From Nanobdellota archaeon (GTDB lineage Archaea; Nanobdellota; Nanobdellia; Woesearchaeales; JACQSR01): a stretch of 64,000 bases of DNA. Location: positions 23,880 through 87,879 of the forward strand of contig JBHPEA010000001.1 of NCBI GenBank assembly GCA_042577505.1, in the 5' to 3' direction. The translations under genes were made by a program, and so were the position numbers. Positions 19,469-29,499 of this stretch are shown in pieces. Numbering within the stretch: the stretch's first letter is position 1; the number at the start of each line of letters is the position of its first letter. The notes under the pieces were generated by a model. It saw nothing but the letters and a program-made list of their open reading frames with translations. It ran no database searches and was not told the DNA's origin.

Positions 19469-20165
19469 ACAAAACATAATTCTTGTCAACGTTCACATAC
19501 TCTTTTCGAAGTTTTAAATCCAATTTGTCTAGTAAAGTATTCAAAACAATAAACGAAACCGCAATTCCAGATGCAAACAATATTCTTTCAAACGCCACTA
19601 TTGGAATTAACCCTACCCAAGCCGCTGGAGTCATAGAATTGATAAAATAAAGCCACACTATCGAACCTACCGCATGGGCAGTAAATGTTGCTCCAAGTCC
19701 TTTCAAGAATGCGTTGTTACTATACTTTGCAGGTAGGACCTTAACTACAATAGGGATCAACCAATAAAGTGAATAAAACCACACTTGTTGACCAACAGGA
19801 TGCACTATGAATAAAATCATCGCAGCGGCAGGAATAATCATACTTGCCTTGTCTTTCTTTGCTCCAAAATACCATGCAGCAAATAACATAGGTAACAATC
19901 TAAGAACACTAACAATAGTAAGTGCCTTACCCAAAACAACAAAACTTCCAATTTCAGCTATTAATACTGCCAAAACACCAACTACAGGACCTAAAAAGAA
20001 TCCAGCAATGGGACCAAAAAATTGAAACACCGTAAAATATTGACCCTCAGCACCTATTAATGAAGAAAAATTAATTTGATCTCCAATAAAAACCAAGACA
20101 CTAAATATTATCAAAAACAGAATACCTTTCCTTGTGATTAATTTTTTCAAATCCATATCAAACAC
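19452..20165 (-). CDS. Polytopic membrane protein, possibly an ECF-transporter S-component-like
   Basis: Six or so hydrophobic helices; no catalytic motif. Confidence 0.35.
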   Translation of the reverse strand: MFDMDLKKLITRKGILFLIIFSVLVFIGDQINFSSLIGAEGQYFTVFQFFGPIAGFFLGPVVGVLAVLIAEIGSFVVLGKALTIVSVLRLLPMLFAAWYFGAKKDKASMIIPAAAMILFIVHPVGQQVWFYSLYWLIPIVVKVLPAKYSNNAFLKGLGATFTAHAVGSIVWLYFINSMTPAAWVGLIPIVAFERILFASGIAVSFIVLNTLLDKLDLKLRKEYVNVDKNYVLFKRHA

Positions 20166-20312
20166 CCCAAAACTTCATTTGAGAATTAATTTAAAAAGTT
20201 TTCTATTGTAATTACACACCTTTCAGTCACCATTCTAATATTTTGAGTTTTGGGAGATTTCATGTGCGTCTTATAGGGCAAGATTTTTAAGATAATATAG
20301 AGCCCCTTTATT

Positions 20313-21005
20313 ATGGAAAAAGAAAAAGGCCCTTCATACAGCGGAGTAGTAGTGGGGAGAGATAGAGAAGCTAGAATTCTTGTAAGTTGTGCTGATTTTG
20401 AAGGGAATGTTGCCCTTACTTCAAGCAGAGGTGATAAAAGATATCAAAAAGGAGAAAAACTAATATTTGGAGGTATAAAGGATGGAATTCCTGATTACTT
20501 TGACGATTTTTCATCCAGTCACTCTGCAACTTGGTATCGAGCAGAAGAAACACAAACAGCTGTAGAACCTGAGAAAAAGCTTGTTTGGAAATGCCATTTT
20601 GATATTGGTGTCGTAATTGACGCTGCTCAGAAAGAAAGAGCTAAGGTTGTATTGTTGTACGATCGTGCAATGAGATATCAAGATTATGGGAGGGGACAGG
20701 GTATGAAAATGACGCCTGCTATTATGCTTGCTGATAAAAGAAGTTATCTTGATGATGCTATTGAATTATTTGAAGATCGTGAGAATAGAGCTGTAGTTAG
20801 AAATTTTCGTAAAGGGGAAAATGGAGTGATGGGGTATCACGTAGATCTTCCCAGCACTTTTGAAAGATTGCGTGAAGAAAGATTAAGTGGTGTGTACTTT
20901 CATGAACAAGAAGGATTACAACCTTGGAGAGGATCTGGCACACCCAGAATTAAAAGTGACACTTTAACAAAGATTGTCGAATCAGTAAAGAAGATTTCTG
21001 GATAA
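20313..21005 (+). CDS. Hypothetical protein (higher GC)
   Basis: 230-aa ORF, no recognised motifs, compositionally distinct from neighbours. Confidence 0.35.
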   Translation: MEKEKGPSYSGVVVGRDREARILVSCADFEGNVALTSSRGDKRYQKGEKLIFGGIKDGIPDYFDDFSSSHSATWYRAEETQTAVEPEKKLVWKCHFDIGVVIDAAQKERAKVVLLYDRAMRYQDYGRGQGMKMTPAIMLADKRSYLDDAIELFEDRENRAVVRNFRKGENGVMGYHVDLPSTFERLREERLSGVYFHEQEGLQPWRGSGTPRIKSDTLTKIVESVKKISG

Positions 21006-21044
21006 GGTAAACCTTTTTAAGCAAAACAAAGCCTCAAATAAATA

Positions 21045-21608
21045 ATGGCAAAGAAATCCAAGAAGGAAGAGCCAGAGAGCGAGAAAAAAGTTGTTGAGGC
21101 AACTTTTTCGCGAGAACGAATATTAACTGAAAGTTCTGATCTGGCTAGAGAATTATTCAACACTAGTAGATATGGGACTCTTTTATCTACAGGAAAGGTT
21201 CAATTATCCTTACTAGAATCAATGTATTTGTTAGAAAAAGAAAAATTAGTAATATTCGATAAAAGAACAAAACTTCCTTTTGACAAATTCTTAAAAAAAG
21301 CAATTAGATTGGAACCAAACTTCTGGATTAGATATTGTGTCTTTAAAGACATTAGGAATAGGGGCTACATTATCAAAACAGCATTGAAATTCGGAGCAGA
21401 CTTCAGAGTATATGACAGAGGAGTAAAACCCGGAGAAGACCATGCTAGATGGATTGTTTACCCAGTTCATGAGGGTTCTACATTAACCTGGTACGAATTT
21501 GCAGCAAAAAACCGTGTAGCACACTCTACTAAGAAGAGACTATTGATAGGTATAGTAGATGATGAAGGAGACGTAACATATTACGAAATCAGGTGGCTCA
21601 GGCCGTAA
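21045..21608 (+). CDS. endA: tRNA-splicing (intron) endonuclease
   Basis: C-terminal KFGADFRVYDRG…HARWIVYPV…WYEFAAKNRVAHSTKKRLLIGIVDDEGDVTYYEIRWLRP matches the EndA catalytic domain; about 187 aa, alpha4-type size. Confidence 0.75.
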   Translation: MAKKSKKEEPESEKKVVEATFSRERILTESSDLARELFNTSRYGTLLSTGKVQLSLLESMYLLEKEKLVIFDKRTKLPFDKFLKKAIRLEPNFWIRYCVFKDIRNRGYIIKTALKFGADFRVYDRGVKPGEDHARWIVYPVHEGSTLTWYEFAAKNRVAHSTKKRLLIGIVDDEGDVTYYEIRWLRP

Positions 21609-21640
21609 TAATTATATATCTCTATTAGTTTTCTAGTTAC

Positions 21641-22651
21641 ATGGACGAAAAAGAAGTGATTATAAGCTTAATGAAGCAAAGTGGTCCAGTTATACCTATA
21701 CAAGTTGCAAAGGCCATTAATTCTGATAGTATGATAGCTTCAGCCCATTTATCAGAGCTTTCTGCAGATAAAAAGGTTAAGATTTCTCACGTAAAGCATG
21801 GTTCTTCTCCCTTATATTACCTTCCAGGTCAAGAAACAATGCTTCAAAGTTTCTCAAAAAACCTCCATGAAAAAGAAAGAAGGACTTACGACTTACTAAA
21901 ACAATCCTTGGTTTTACGAGATTCCGAACAAAATCCTTTAGTTAGAGTCACATTGAGAGAAATAAAAGATTTTGCAATTCCAATCCAAGTTAGCTATGAA
22001 GACAAGAAGGAACTTTTTTGGAAATGGTATTTACTTCCAAATCCAGAGGCAGAGAATAAAATCAGAGAACTTTTAGAAGGTAAGAAACCAACAGAAAAAA
22101 AAGTCGAGGAAAAGAAACCTGAAGAAAAACCAGTTGAAAGGAAAGAGATCCCTAAACCACAAGTAAATGAAGAAAAACCAGTTGAAGAGACACCTAAACA
22201 AGAAGAAACTCCCAAGCAAGAGGAAAAACCCGTTGAAAAAGAAATTATAGAAAAGAAAGAAACTAATGAAGAGAAAACTCCAGAAAAAAAACCGATCGAA
22301 GAGCAGAAGAAACTTAATGAAGAAAAAAAAGAAGCCCAAAAAAGCGAATTCATCCATGATCTAGAAAATTATTTCTTAAAAAACAAAATTGAAGTTGTTG
22401 AAAGAAACATAATCAAAAAAGACTCAGATATAGAACTCATTGTTAAATTACCCTCTTCTGTTGGTAATCTTTTATACTTCTGTAAGGCAAAGAATAAAAA
22501 GCGCGTTAATGATGGAGACCTAAGCTCAGCATATATCCAATCACAGTCTAAAAAAATGCCTATATTGTTTTTAACAAAAGGAGAATTAACAAAAAAAGCA
22601 AAAGAAATGAAGGAAAACGAATTTCAATCGATGACTATTAAGCAAATATAA
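21641..22651 (+). CDS. Hypothetical DNA-binding-like protein: N-terminal wHTH, central K/E/P-rich low-complexity repeats, C-terminal globular domain
   Basis: N-terminus SLMKQSGPVIPIQVAKAINSDSMIASAHLSEL is wHTH-like; central (E)EKKPEEKPVE-type repeats. Confidence 0.4.
   Translation: MDEKEVIISLMKQSGPVIPIQVAKAINSDSMIASAHLSELSADKKVKISHVKHGSSPLYYLPGQETMLQSFSKNLHEKERRTYDLLKQSLVLRDSEQNPLVRVTLREIKDFAIPIQVSYEDKKELFWKWYLLPNPEAENKIRELLEGKKPTEKKVEEKKPEEKPVERKEIPKPQVNEEKPVEETPKQEETPKQEEKPVEKEIIEKKETNEEKTPEKKPIEEQKKLNEEKKEAQKSEFIHDLENYFLKNKIEVVERNIIKKDSDIELIVKLPSSVGNLLYFCKAKNKKRVNDGDLSSAYIQSQSKKMPILFLTKGELTKKAKEMKENEFQSMTIKQI
22080..22340 (+). repeat. Imperfect short tandem nucleotide repeats (gaagaaaaaccagttgaa-like) encoding the K/E/P-rich linker
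   Basis: Seen in sequence; produces spurious low-complexity antisense ORFs in the track. Confidence 0.5.
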
Positions 22652-22652
22652 A

Positions 22653-23687
22653 ATGGGATTAGCAATAAAAGAGGTTTTAGAATACAAAGAGATTTCTTTA
22701 GAAGACTTGAAAGGAAAAAAGCTAGTTGTAGATTCTTTCAATTTACTCTATCAATTTCTTACAACAATTAGGGGCAGAGACGGAAGTTTACTAACAAACT
22801 CAAAGGGTAAAGTAACCTCACACCTAGTAGGTTTATTCTCAAGAACAGCCAAATTGATGAAATCAGGTTTAAAACTCGCATTTGTCTTTGATGGAATCCC
22901 TCCTGATTTGAAGAAATCTGAAAGAGAAAGAAGAAAAAACATCAAACAAGAAGCACAAAAACAATATGATAAAGCAAAAGAAGAAGAAGATTTGGAAGCA
23001 ATGAAGAAATTTGCTTCAAGAACTACGTTACTTTCTGGAGACATGATTGAAGATTCTAAAAAACTAATCACTGCAATGGGTATGCCAGTAATTCAAGCAC
23101 CTTCTGAAGGAGAAGCTCAAGCAGCGTATATAGTTAGCAAAGGCGATGCATATGCAGTAGTGTCCCAAGATTTTGACAGCCTAATTCATGGAGCAAATTT
23201 ACTAGTAAGAAACCTATCCATAACTGGCAAAAGGAAAAAAGCTGGAACTTTACATTATTTAGAGGTCAAACCAGAATTCATTTCACTTGCAGATAACCTA
23301 AATCACTTAGGGATAGATCAAGATCAATTAATTGCAATGTCTTTGTTAGTCGGGACTGACTACAATTCTGGAGGAATCAAAGGAATTGGACCAAAGAAAG
23401 CTTTAGACTTAATTAAAAAACACAAAAAAGACTTCGATGCATTATTTGAAGAAGTAAAATGGGACGATATTTATGATTTTCCTTGGACTGATGTCTTTTA
23501 CACAATTAAAAAAATGCCAAAAACTGATGATTACAAAATGGAATGGAAAGAACCAGATATCGACGCAATTAAAGAACTGCTAGTTCAAGAAAATGACTTC
23601 TCAGAAGAAAGGATAGAAAAAACCTTAGAAGACTTAAAAATTGTAAAAAAGAAAAGACAGCAGAAAGGTTTGGGAGATTTTATTTAG
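22653..23687 (+). CDS. fen: Flap endonuclease 1
   Basis: MGLAIKEVLEYKEISLEDLKGKKLVVDSFNLLYQFLTTIRGRDGS… N-domain; GIKGIGPKKALDLI H3TH; 344 aa. Confidence 0.9.
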   Translation: MGLAIKEVLEYKEISLEDLKGKKLVVDSFNLLYQFLTTIRGRDGSLLTNSKGKVTSHLVGLFSRTAKLMKSGLKLAFVFDGIPPDLKKSERERRKNIKQEAQKQYDKAKEEEDLEAMKKFASRTTLLSGDMIEDSKKLITAMGMPVIQAPSEGEAQAAYIVSKGDAYAVVSQDFDSLIHGANLLVRNLSITGKRKKAGTLHYLEVKPEFISLADNLNHLGIDQDQLIAMSLLVGTDYNSGGIKGIGPKKALDLIKKHKKDFDALFEEVKWDDIYDFPWTDVFYTIKKMPKTDDYKMEWKEPDIDAIKELLVQENDFSEERIEKTLEDLKIVKKKRQQKGLGDFI

Positions 23688-24385
23688 AAAGGAAGATTAA
23701 AAGCAAAGAAAAAATTACCACTTGGAATTGTCCTTACCAACATGATCAAATTGTCAACATAATATTCTTTAAAGAAAATTATTGCAAAGGAACATACTAT
23801 TATTGCGAAAATATACCTAACTATTGGATGAATATTTAACTTTTCAGAGAATTTTGAAAGATCATTCTGTTCTTTGGCATTATATGTATTCCCAACAGCA
23901 CCAGTCAAACTTACAAATCCAAATAGAAATATGAAAATATGAAGATAATTTAAGAAAGTATAATCATTAAAGAATAAAAATACCAACACAGCTAGTATTG
24001 CTTGCGTTACAATTCCTGCAAGAAGAAGTAAAGGTTCAATAAGGGGTATTTCAGGTCCTGAAACTTGTGCAGCAGGTCCTGGCAAAAAAGGAATAAAAAG
24101 GTTCGCCCACTTCATCTCAATCTTCCCAGTCCCAAACGTAAAAATCCAATGACCAACTTCATGTAGAAACGTAGAGATTATTCTTGCAACATACCAAAGT
24201 ATAACTATTATTATCAAAGGCATACCAACAATATTTGAAAAATCCAAACTTAGAATTAAATTCATTGTTGTACTATCATCAATAAGAAAATCATATAAGA
24301 AAAATGCAGCAAGTATTACAATTTGAATAATCCTTGTCGCAATGAATGTTTGAAATGACATGAGTATTATTCTGTACCACCCCAT
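23684..24385 (-). CDS. Polytopic membrane protein with an intramembrane HExxH motif (putative membrane metalloprotease)
   Basis: FLHEVGHWIFTF (HEVGH) within a predicted TM helix; multiple hydrophobic segments. Confidence 0.35.
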   Translation of the reverse strand: MGWYRIILMSFQTFIATRIIQIVILAAFFLYDFLIDDSTTMNLILSLDFSNIVGMPLIIIVILWYVARIISTFLHEVGHWIFTFGTGKIEMKWANLFIPFLPGPAAQVSGPEIPLIEPLLLLAGIVTQAILAVLVFLFFNDYTFLNYLHIFIFLFGFVSLTGAVGNTYNAKEQNDLSKFSEKLNIHPIVRYIFAIIVCSFAIIFFKEYYVDNLIMLVRTIPSGNFFFAFNLPF

Positions 24386-24433
24386 TATAAATCTTTACAA
24401 TAATTATTTAAACAAACTAATAATGAAAAAACC

Positions 24434-25249
24434 ATGAACCTAAAAGAAGCACTACAAAAGAAATTATCAAAGAAAGACTTAGAATTCTTAAGAACCTCTT
24501 ACGATGTAATTGGATCTATAGCAATAATCGAAATTCCAAAAGAATTAGTAAAAAAAGAGAAAATCATAGGAAATGCAATAATAAACCTAAGAAAAGAAGT
24601 AAAAACAGTCTGCAAGAGAGCAGGAATCCACAAGGGCAAATATCGAACTCAAAAACTAACAATCATTGCAGGAGAAAAAAAGAAAGAAACCGTTTACAGA
24701 GAAAATGGTTGTGTGATTGAATTAAATGTCGAAAAGGTCTATTTTTCCCCTAGGTTATCAAATGAAAGACTAAGAGTATCTAATCTTGTTAAGAAAGGAG
24801 AGAGCGTTCTCGTCATGTTCTCAGGAGTTGCACCATATCCTTTAGTAATCTCAAGAAATGCAAAACCAAAAGAAATCTATGGAATTGAACTAAATCCTCA
24901 TGCTCATAAATATGCAACAATCAACGTTGAATTAAACAAACTAAAAAATATCACCTTAATCAAAGGAGATGTAAACAAAGTCACTTTAAAGAAAAAATTT
25001 GACAGAGTTTTAATGCCATTACCCAAAAGCGGAGAAGATTTCTTACACATCGCATTAAAATTCACAAAGAAGGGTGGAATCATCCATTTCTACGACTTTC
25101 TCCACGAAAGAGAATTTGATGAAGCAAAAAAGAATGTAAAAGAAGCATGCAAAAAAGCAAAGAAAAAATGCAGACTACTAAACTTCGTCAAATGCGGCCA
25201 GTACGGTCCAGGAATATTTAGGATCTGCTTGGATTTTAAAGTATTATAA
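24434..25249 (+). CDS. Trm5/TYW2-family tRNA methyltransferase (class I SAM-dependent MTase)
   Basis: NVEKVYFSPRLSNERLRV…VLVMFSGVAPYPLVIS…IYGIELNPHA…IKGDV matches the Met-10+ like family. Confidence 0.7.
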   Translation: MNLKEALQKKLSKKDLEFLRTSYDVIGSIAIIEIPKELVKKEKIIGNAIINLRKEVKTVCKRAGIHKGKYRTQKLTIIAGEKKKETVYRENGCVIELNVEKVYFSPRLSNERLRVSNLVKKGESVLVMFSGVAPYPLVISRNAKPKEIYGIELNPHAHKYATINVELNKLKNITLIKGDVNKVTLKKKFDRVLMPLPKSGEDFLHIALKFTKKGGIIHFYDFLHEREFDEAKKNVKEACKKAKKKCRLLNFVKCGQYGPGIFRICLDFKVL

Positions 25250-25294
25250 TACACTATCTAAAAGTATAAAAAAAGTTTTTTATCTCCTTCTTAA

Positions 25295-25990
25295 ATGGCA
25301 ACAAAATCAATCAAGAAGCCAGTTACATACAAAACAAGACATGGAAAGGATTTTAGAAAGATATCCATTTCTCCAAGTGAAGAAAGGACCGGGCATCTTA
25401 ATTTATTTATTTCTCTTGACGGAAATGTTAAATTTACAGGATATGAAAGATACGGCGGAGAAAAAGATGTTTTAAGTTTCATAACTTCCAATGGGGAGTT
25501 TGGAATTCCACCAGGTATTGCAGTAGAAATCATTGGAGATTATTCCATTGACGGTCTATTGGCTTCTCCTGCTTATATTTGTGGGGATGATGGAGATGTT
25601 AGATTAGCATACGCAAGGAGACAAGGTTTGAGAGTTTATGCTGCTTCCCAGGGACTAGTGTCAATCGATGGTTATATTAGAAGAGAGGGAAGGTTTGGCG
25701 TACTAGGAACAGCCGCTTCAGATTACGTTAAGAGAAGAAATGAAAACACAACACAAGTTGATATACCTGATCTAGTTTATAGGGAAAGTTCTGTCCATAT
25801 CAGGACTGGTCCTCAACAACTAACAGAATACAATTGTATTGATGCATGCATTGATCACAATTTAATAACGATCTATAGATTCAAAGGAGATATTCATCTT
25901 TTTCACAAAGATGTTGACCTTTCTTATCCCACAAATCGTGTAAGCAAAGTCACCCACCTTATACCAAATAATGTCACCACTAAACAGTAA
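25295..25990 (+). CDS. Hypothetical protein (higher GC)
   Basis: 231-aa ORF, no recognised motifs. Confidence 0.35.
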   Translation: MATKSIKKPVTYKTRHGKDFRKISISPSEERTGHLNLFISLDGNVKFTGYERYGGEKDVLSFITSNGEFGIPPGIAVEIIGDYSIDGLLASPAYICGDDGDVRLAYARRQGLRVYAASQGLVSIDGYIRREGRFGVLGTAASDYVKRRNENTTQVDIPDLVYRESSVHIRTGPQQLTEYNCIDACIDHNLITIYRFKGDIHLFHKDVDLSYPTNRVSKVTHLIPNNVTTKQ

Positions 25991-26023
25991 TATTTATAAA
26001 TAACTATTTAGGAACATACTATA

Positions 26024-26575
26024 ATGAAATATTCAGAAGAGTTAGAAAGCAGACTAGGGGTAAAAAGAGTTATTGATAATATCGAATCTCATTTTGATAA
26101 TACTGGATATAGTGGCGATTCTGAAGATCCTTTAAAATTACTTAGGCAAATGAAAATATTCCTTTATAGGGAATGGGATGCTTGGAGAAATTATGCAAAA
26201 GGTTCCATGATTGATTCTACTGACTGCGTTACTTTATCGACAGTCGTCAACTTACTCTCCTACAGAAAAGGTCTCGAAACAGAACTAGTTCGTCCAAAGA
26301 AGCTAACAAAGAGATATCACGCCCTGCTTCAATTTGAAGATTCTAATAGAACAGATACTTATGATGTTACTAGTAAAAAAGATGTCAACGATGTTGTTCC
26401 ATTATCTACAGACCAAGTCGTAACAAGACTCAGAATATACCGACCAATCATCAACATCATCAACAGACTGAAATTTGGAGAAAGGGGACCCGGTTACATG
26501 AACGGCCAATTAGTACCGAAAGACCCAGTTTACTTTATGCAAAAGAGACAAAATAATAACTCTAAAACTATTTAA
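26024..26575 (+). CDS. Hypothetical protein
   Basis: 183-aa ORF. Confidence 0.3.
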   Translation: MKYSEELESRLGVKRVIDNIESHFDNTGYSGDSEDPLKLLRQMKIFLYREWDAWRNYAKGSMIDSTDCVTLSTVVNLLSYRKGLETELVRPKKLTKRYHALLQFEDSNRTDTYDVTSKKDVNDVVPLSTDQVVTRLRIYRPIINIINRLKFGERGPGYMNGQLVPKDPVYFMQKRQNNNSKTI

Positions 26576-26598
26576 ATCCACAAACCTCTCCCAAATAA

Positions 26599-27543
26599 AT
26601 GGTAGAATCAATTTGGATAGAGAAATACAGACCTAAGGAATTCTCTGATATCGTTGGACAAAATCATTTAGTAGAACGTATCAAAGCATTCGTTGACCAA
26701 AAAAACATGCCTCATGTTCTATTTGCAGGCCCAGCAGGTACAGGAAAAACATCCACCGCATTAGTCGTTGCAAAAGCACTATTCGGAGACGGATGGAAAC
26801 AAAATTTCTTAGAACTTAACGCATCAGACGAAAGAGGAATTGATGTTATTAGAATCAAAGTAAAGGACTTTGCAAGAACAAGAGCAATAGGAGACGTTCC
26901 TTTCAAAATAATCTACCTTGACGAATGCGACCAACTAACGAGAGATGCCCAACAAGCATTGAGAAGAACAATGGAGAACTTCACTCAAACTTGTAGATTC
27001 ATTCTAAGCTGTAATTATTCATCAAAAATTTTAGATCCAATCCAATCAAGATGTGCAATTTTCAGATTCAAACCAGTCGAAAAGGAACACATCCTAAAAA
27101 TCATTGAAAAAATCGAAAAAAACGAAGAATTGAAAATTGATAATAATGCAAAAGAAGCATTATTTGATGCTTCTGAAGGAGATATTAGGCGCTTAGAAAA
27201 TTTACTTCAAAGTTGTGCATCTATAAGTAAAACAATTACAGAAGACACAGTTTTCTCGGTCGCGTCGGTTGCAAAACCAAAAGAAATCAGAGAAATGCTC
27301 AAATTAGCAATAGAAGGAAAATTCCAAGACGCAAGAAAACTACTCTTAGACACAATGCTTAATTATGGTCTGTCGGGATTAGATATAATCAGACTTATCC
27401 ATAGAGAAATATTAAACTTAGAAATTGAAGATAAAAAGAAACTCCAATTAATTGAAAAAACAGGGGAAGTTGAATTCAGACTAACAGAAGGATCTGATGA
27501 ATATATTCAACTCGAATCCCTTCTAGCTTCTTTTGGTATTTAA
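26599..27543 (+). CDS. rfcS: Replication factor C small subunit
   Basis: WIEKYRPKEFSDIVGQ; GPAGTGKTS Walker A; DECD Walker B; SRC motif (QSRCAIF). Confidence 0.9.
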   Translation: MVESIWIEKYRPKEFSDIVGQNHLVERIKAFVDQKNMPHVLFAGPAGTGKTSTALVVAKALFGDGWKQNFLELNASDERGIDVIRIKVKDFARTRAIGDVPFKIIYLDECDQLTRDAQQALRRTMENFTQTCRFILSCNYSSKILDPIQSRCAIFRFKPVEKEHILKIIEKIEKNEELKIDNNAKEALFDASEGDIRRLENLLQSCASISKTITEDTVFSVASVAKPKEIREMLKLAIEGKFQDARKLLLDTMLNYGLSGLDIIRLIHREILNLEIEDKKKLQLIEKTGEVEFRLTEGSDEYIQLESLLASFGI

Positions 27544-28478
27544 TCACCAGTATGTTTTACAAGTAAGTCAGCATCTATAAATTCATTGTAGTCATACCCA
27601 AGAGTTATCTCAAGTACTTTCTCATAATCAGTTCTATCAGTTAATTGCTGTGTACACCTAACAGTCCTACTCCCACTGTGCAGAGTTATATAACCAGATG
27701 TATCATCACCATCTCTTAAACCTGAACATGCTAATCCAGTTATTCCACTATTAACACTTACATGGACTTTATTTTCATTAGACCTCAAAGAATCATCACA
27801 GTCTACACCTAACTTAAATATCTCTCCACTTCCAGTCTCAGAAACTGTAAATATAAAAGCTACTTTATCTGCACCACTAGCTTGTTCTCTAAAAGCAGTC
27901 ACGGCAACTGGTGCTCCTGAATTATAAACTGTTTTATCTTCGCTTACAACACAAACTGATGTATCAGATTGATCTAACAGATCTTCTTTAATACATATTA
28001 ATGCATTCGCAATAGTTTCATATTGATAACAAACATCTGCTCTTATTGTAAATTGTGTATTTCCACTCAATTCACCACCATGGTTTAAATCAGAAAACAG
28101 AGCATATGTTTCAGTACCTTCTATAATCCCACCATCAGGATCTTGATAGGTAGGTTCAAGATCATCTTCAGGATTTCCAATTAAATCAGCTGCAGTTTTA
28201 CCAAAATCAGCTGGATTGATACCAGAAATCTTAACCCTTACATCTTCTTTTGCAACAAAGGTTTCACCTAAATTATTCAAATTTACTTCCACATCAAAAG
28301 GAAAATCTCCACCATCAAAAACTTCATCAGGAGGGGCTTGCTCTACAAAAGTAGACAATAAACCTGTACTTCCACCTATAAATGGCGTTGTAGGTCCACC
28401 TCCATCTCCGTTATCAGTAGAACAACTAGTAAATAAAAACAGTGAAATAGCCAAAAATGTGATTATCTTCCTTATCAT
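27540..28478 (-). CDS. Secreted lipoprotein-like protein, paralog 1 of a three-member family
   Basis: Signal peptide plus Cys (FLAISLFLFTSCSTDNGDGGGP); shares VCYQYETIANALICI, GAPVAVTAF and a C-terminal LGYDY block with the next two genes. Confidence 0.6.
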   Translation of the reverse strand: MIRKIITFLAISLFLFTSCSTDNGDGGGPTTPFIGGSTGLLSTFVEQAPPDEVFDGGDFPFDVEVNLNNLGETFVAKEDVRVKISGINPADFGKTAADLIGNPEDDLEPTYQDPDGGIIEGTETYALFSDLNHGGELSGNTQFTIRADVCYQYETIANALICIKEDLLDQSDTSVCVVSEDKTVYNSGAPVAVTAFREQASGADKVAFIFTVSETGSGEIFKLGVDCDDSLRSNENKVHVSVNSGITGLACSGLRDGDDTSGYITLHSGSRTVRCTQQLTDRTDYEKVLEITLGYDYNEFIDADLLVKHTGD

Positions 28479-28494
28479 GGTAAAACCTCCTTTT

Positions 28495-29463
28495 TTAAGT
28501 TTCTATTGCCTCGAGTATTTTAATATTTCTAAAATCTGATGTTTTATAACCATATTCTAGCTTAACTGTTAATGGTGTGATATAGGCCTCATCTGTTCCA
28601 GCAGAGGCATGTGAAAATGTACATATTATATTTCCTTGCCCATTGTACAACTCTATAGGATCTCCAAGAGGTGGTCTGCAACTATCAACTGTACGACCAC
28701 CAACTTGTACATCTTCAACATAAACCTTGTTAATCTCTCTCCAATCATAACCTTCATTAGGATTATCAGATACTAAAGCTCGATCAATAACAACACCACT
28801 TCCTAAATTTTGAATATCAATTTTAAACGATGTTTGAGCACTTGTAACTGTTTCTTCAACATTCGTAACGCCAACTGGCCCCCCTTGTGGAGCAACACTA
28901 TAACTCTTCCTAAAATTAGACAAACTACATACTTTATCTCTAACCTCAACACTTCTTGGTTGAGTATCAATACATATTTCCTCTGAAGCAGTTGATCTAT
29001 ATTTGTAAGTTAATGAAAATATTAATCTTGGATCATAAACTGCAGTACCATCAGGTAAATCACCGATGCTTATTATCAAAGACTCAATTGTACGACCACC
29101 TTGAAGATTGTAAGCGCTTTTCCCCTCTAATTCTTCAGGATCCAAAGCTTTTCTGATATCTCCACCATCAAAAGTTGCTTGCATTATTGAAGACTCGTAT
29201 CCACCAACCCAAATAAATGCTTCTAAATCACCAAGCTCTTCAAATTGAGGAAAAGCACCATAATTTTCAATTTGGACTGGTATTCTTATATCGTCATCAT
29301 TCTCATAAACTTGACTTGGGAATCCATCAAGAAAAGTCACTTCTAACGCTCTAGAACCAGTACGGTATTCAATAACAGAGGGCTCATCCCCTCCACCATC
29401 ACAACCTACTAAAACACTCAATACTACTAATACTATACAAATACACACTCTTTTTTGGTTCAT
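28495..29463 (-). CDS. Secreted lipoprotein-like protein, paralog 2
   Basis: Signal peptide plus Cys (VLVVLSVLVGCDGGGDEP); LTYKYRSTASEEICIDT, GGPVGVTNVEE, KLEYGYKT conserved with paralogs. Confidence 0.6.
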   Translation of the reverse strand: MNQKRVCICIVLVVLSVLVGCDGGGDEPSVIEYRTGSRALEVTFLDGFPSQVYENDDDIRIPVQIENYGAFPQFEELGDLEAFIWVGGYESSIMQATFDGGDIRKALDPEELEGKSAYNLQGGRTIESLIISIGDLPDGTAVYDPRLIFSLTYKYRSTASEEICIDTQPRSVEVRDKVCSLSNFRKSYSVAPQGGPVGVTNVEETVTSAQTSFKIDIQNLGSGVVIDRALVSDNPNEGYDWREINKVYVEDVQVGGRTVDSCRPPLGDPIELYNGQGNIICTFSHASAGTDEAYITPLTVKLEYGYKTSDFRNIKILEAIET

Positions 29464-29499
29464 TTATATACCCTTCCTATTTACCTCTTATAAATTTTT

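Noticed and set aside
21994-22357. Minus-strand F/S-rich ORFs (119 aa and 94 aa)
   Set aside because: They are reverse-frame artefacts of the K/E-rich repeat region of 21641-22651.
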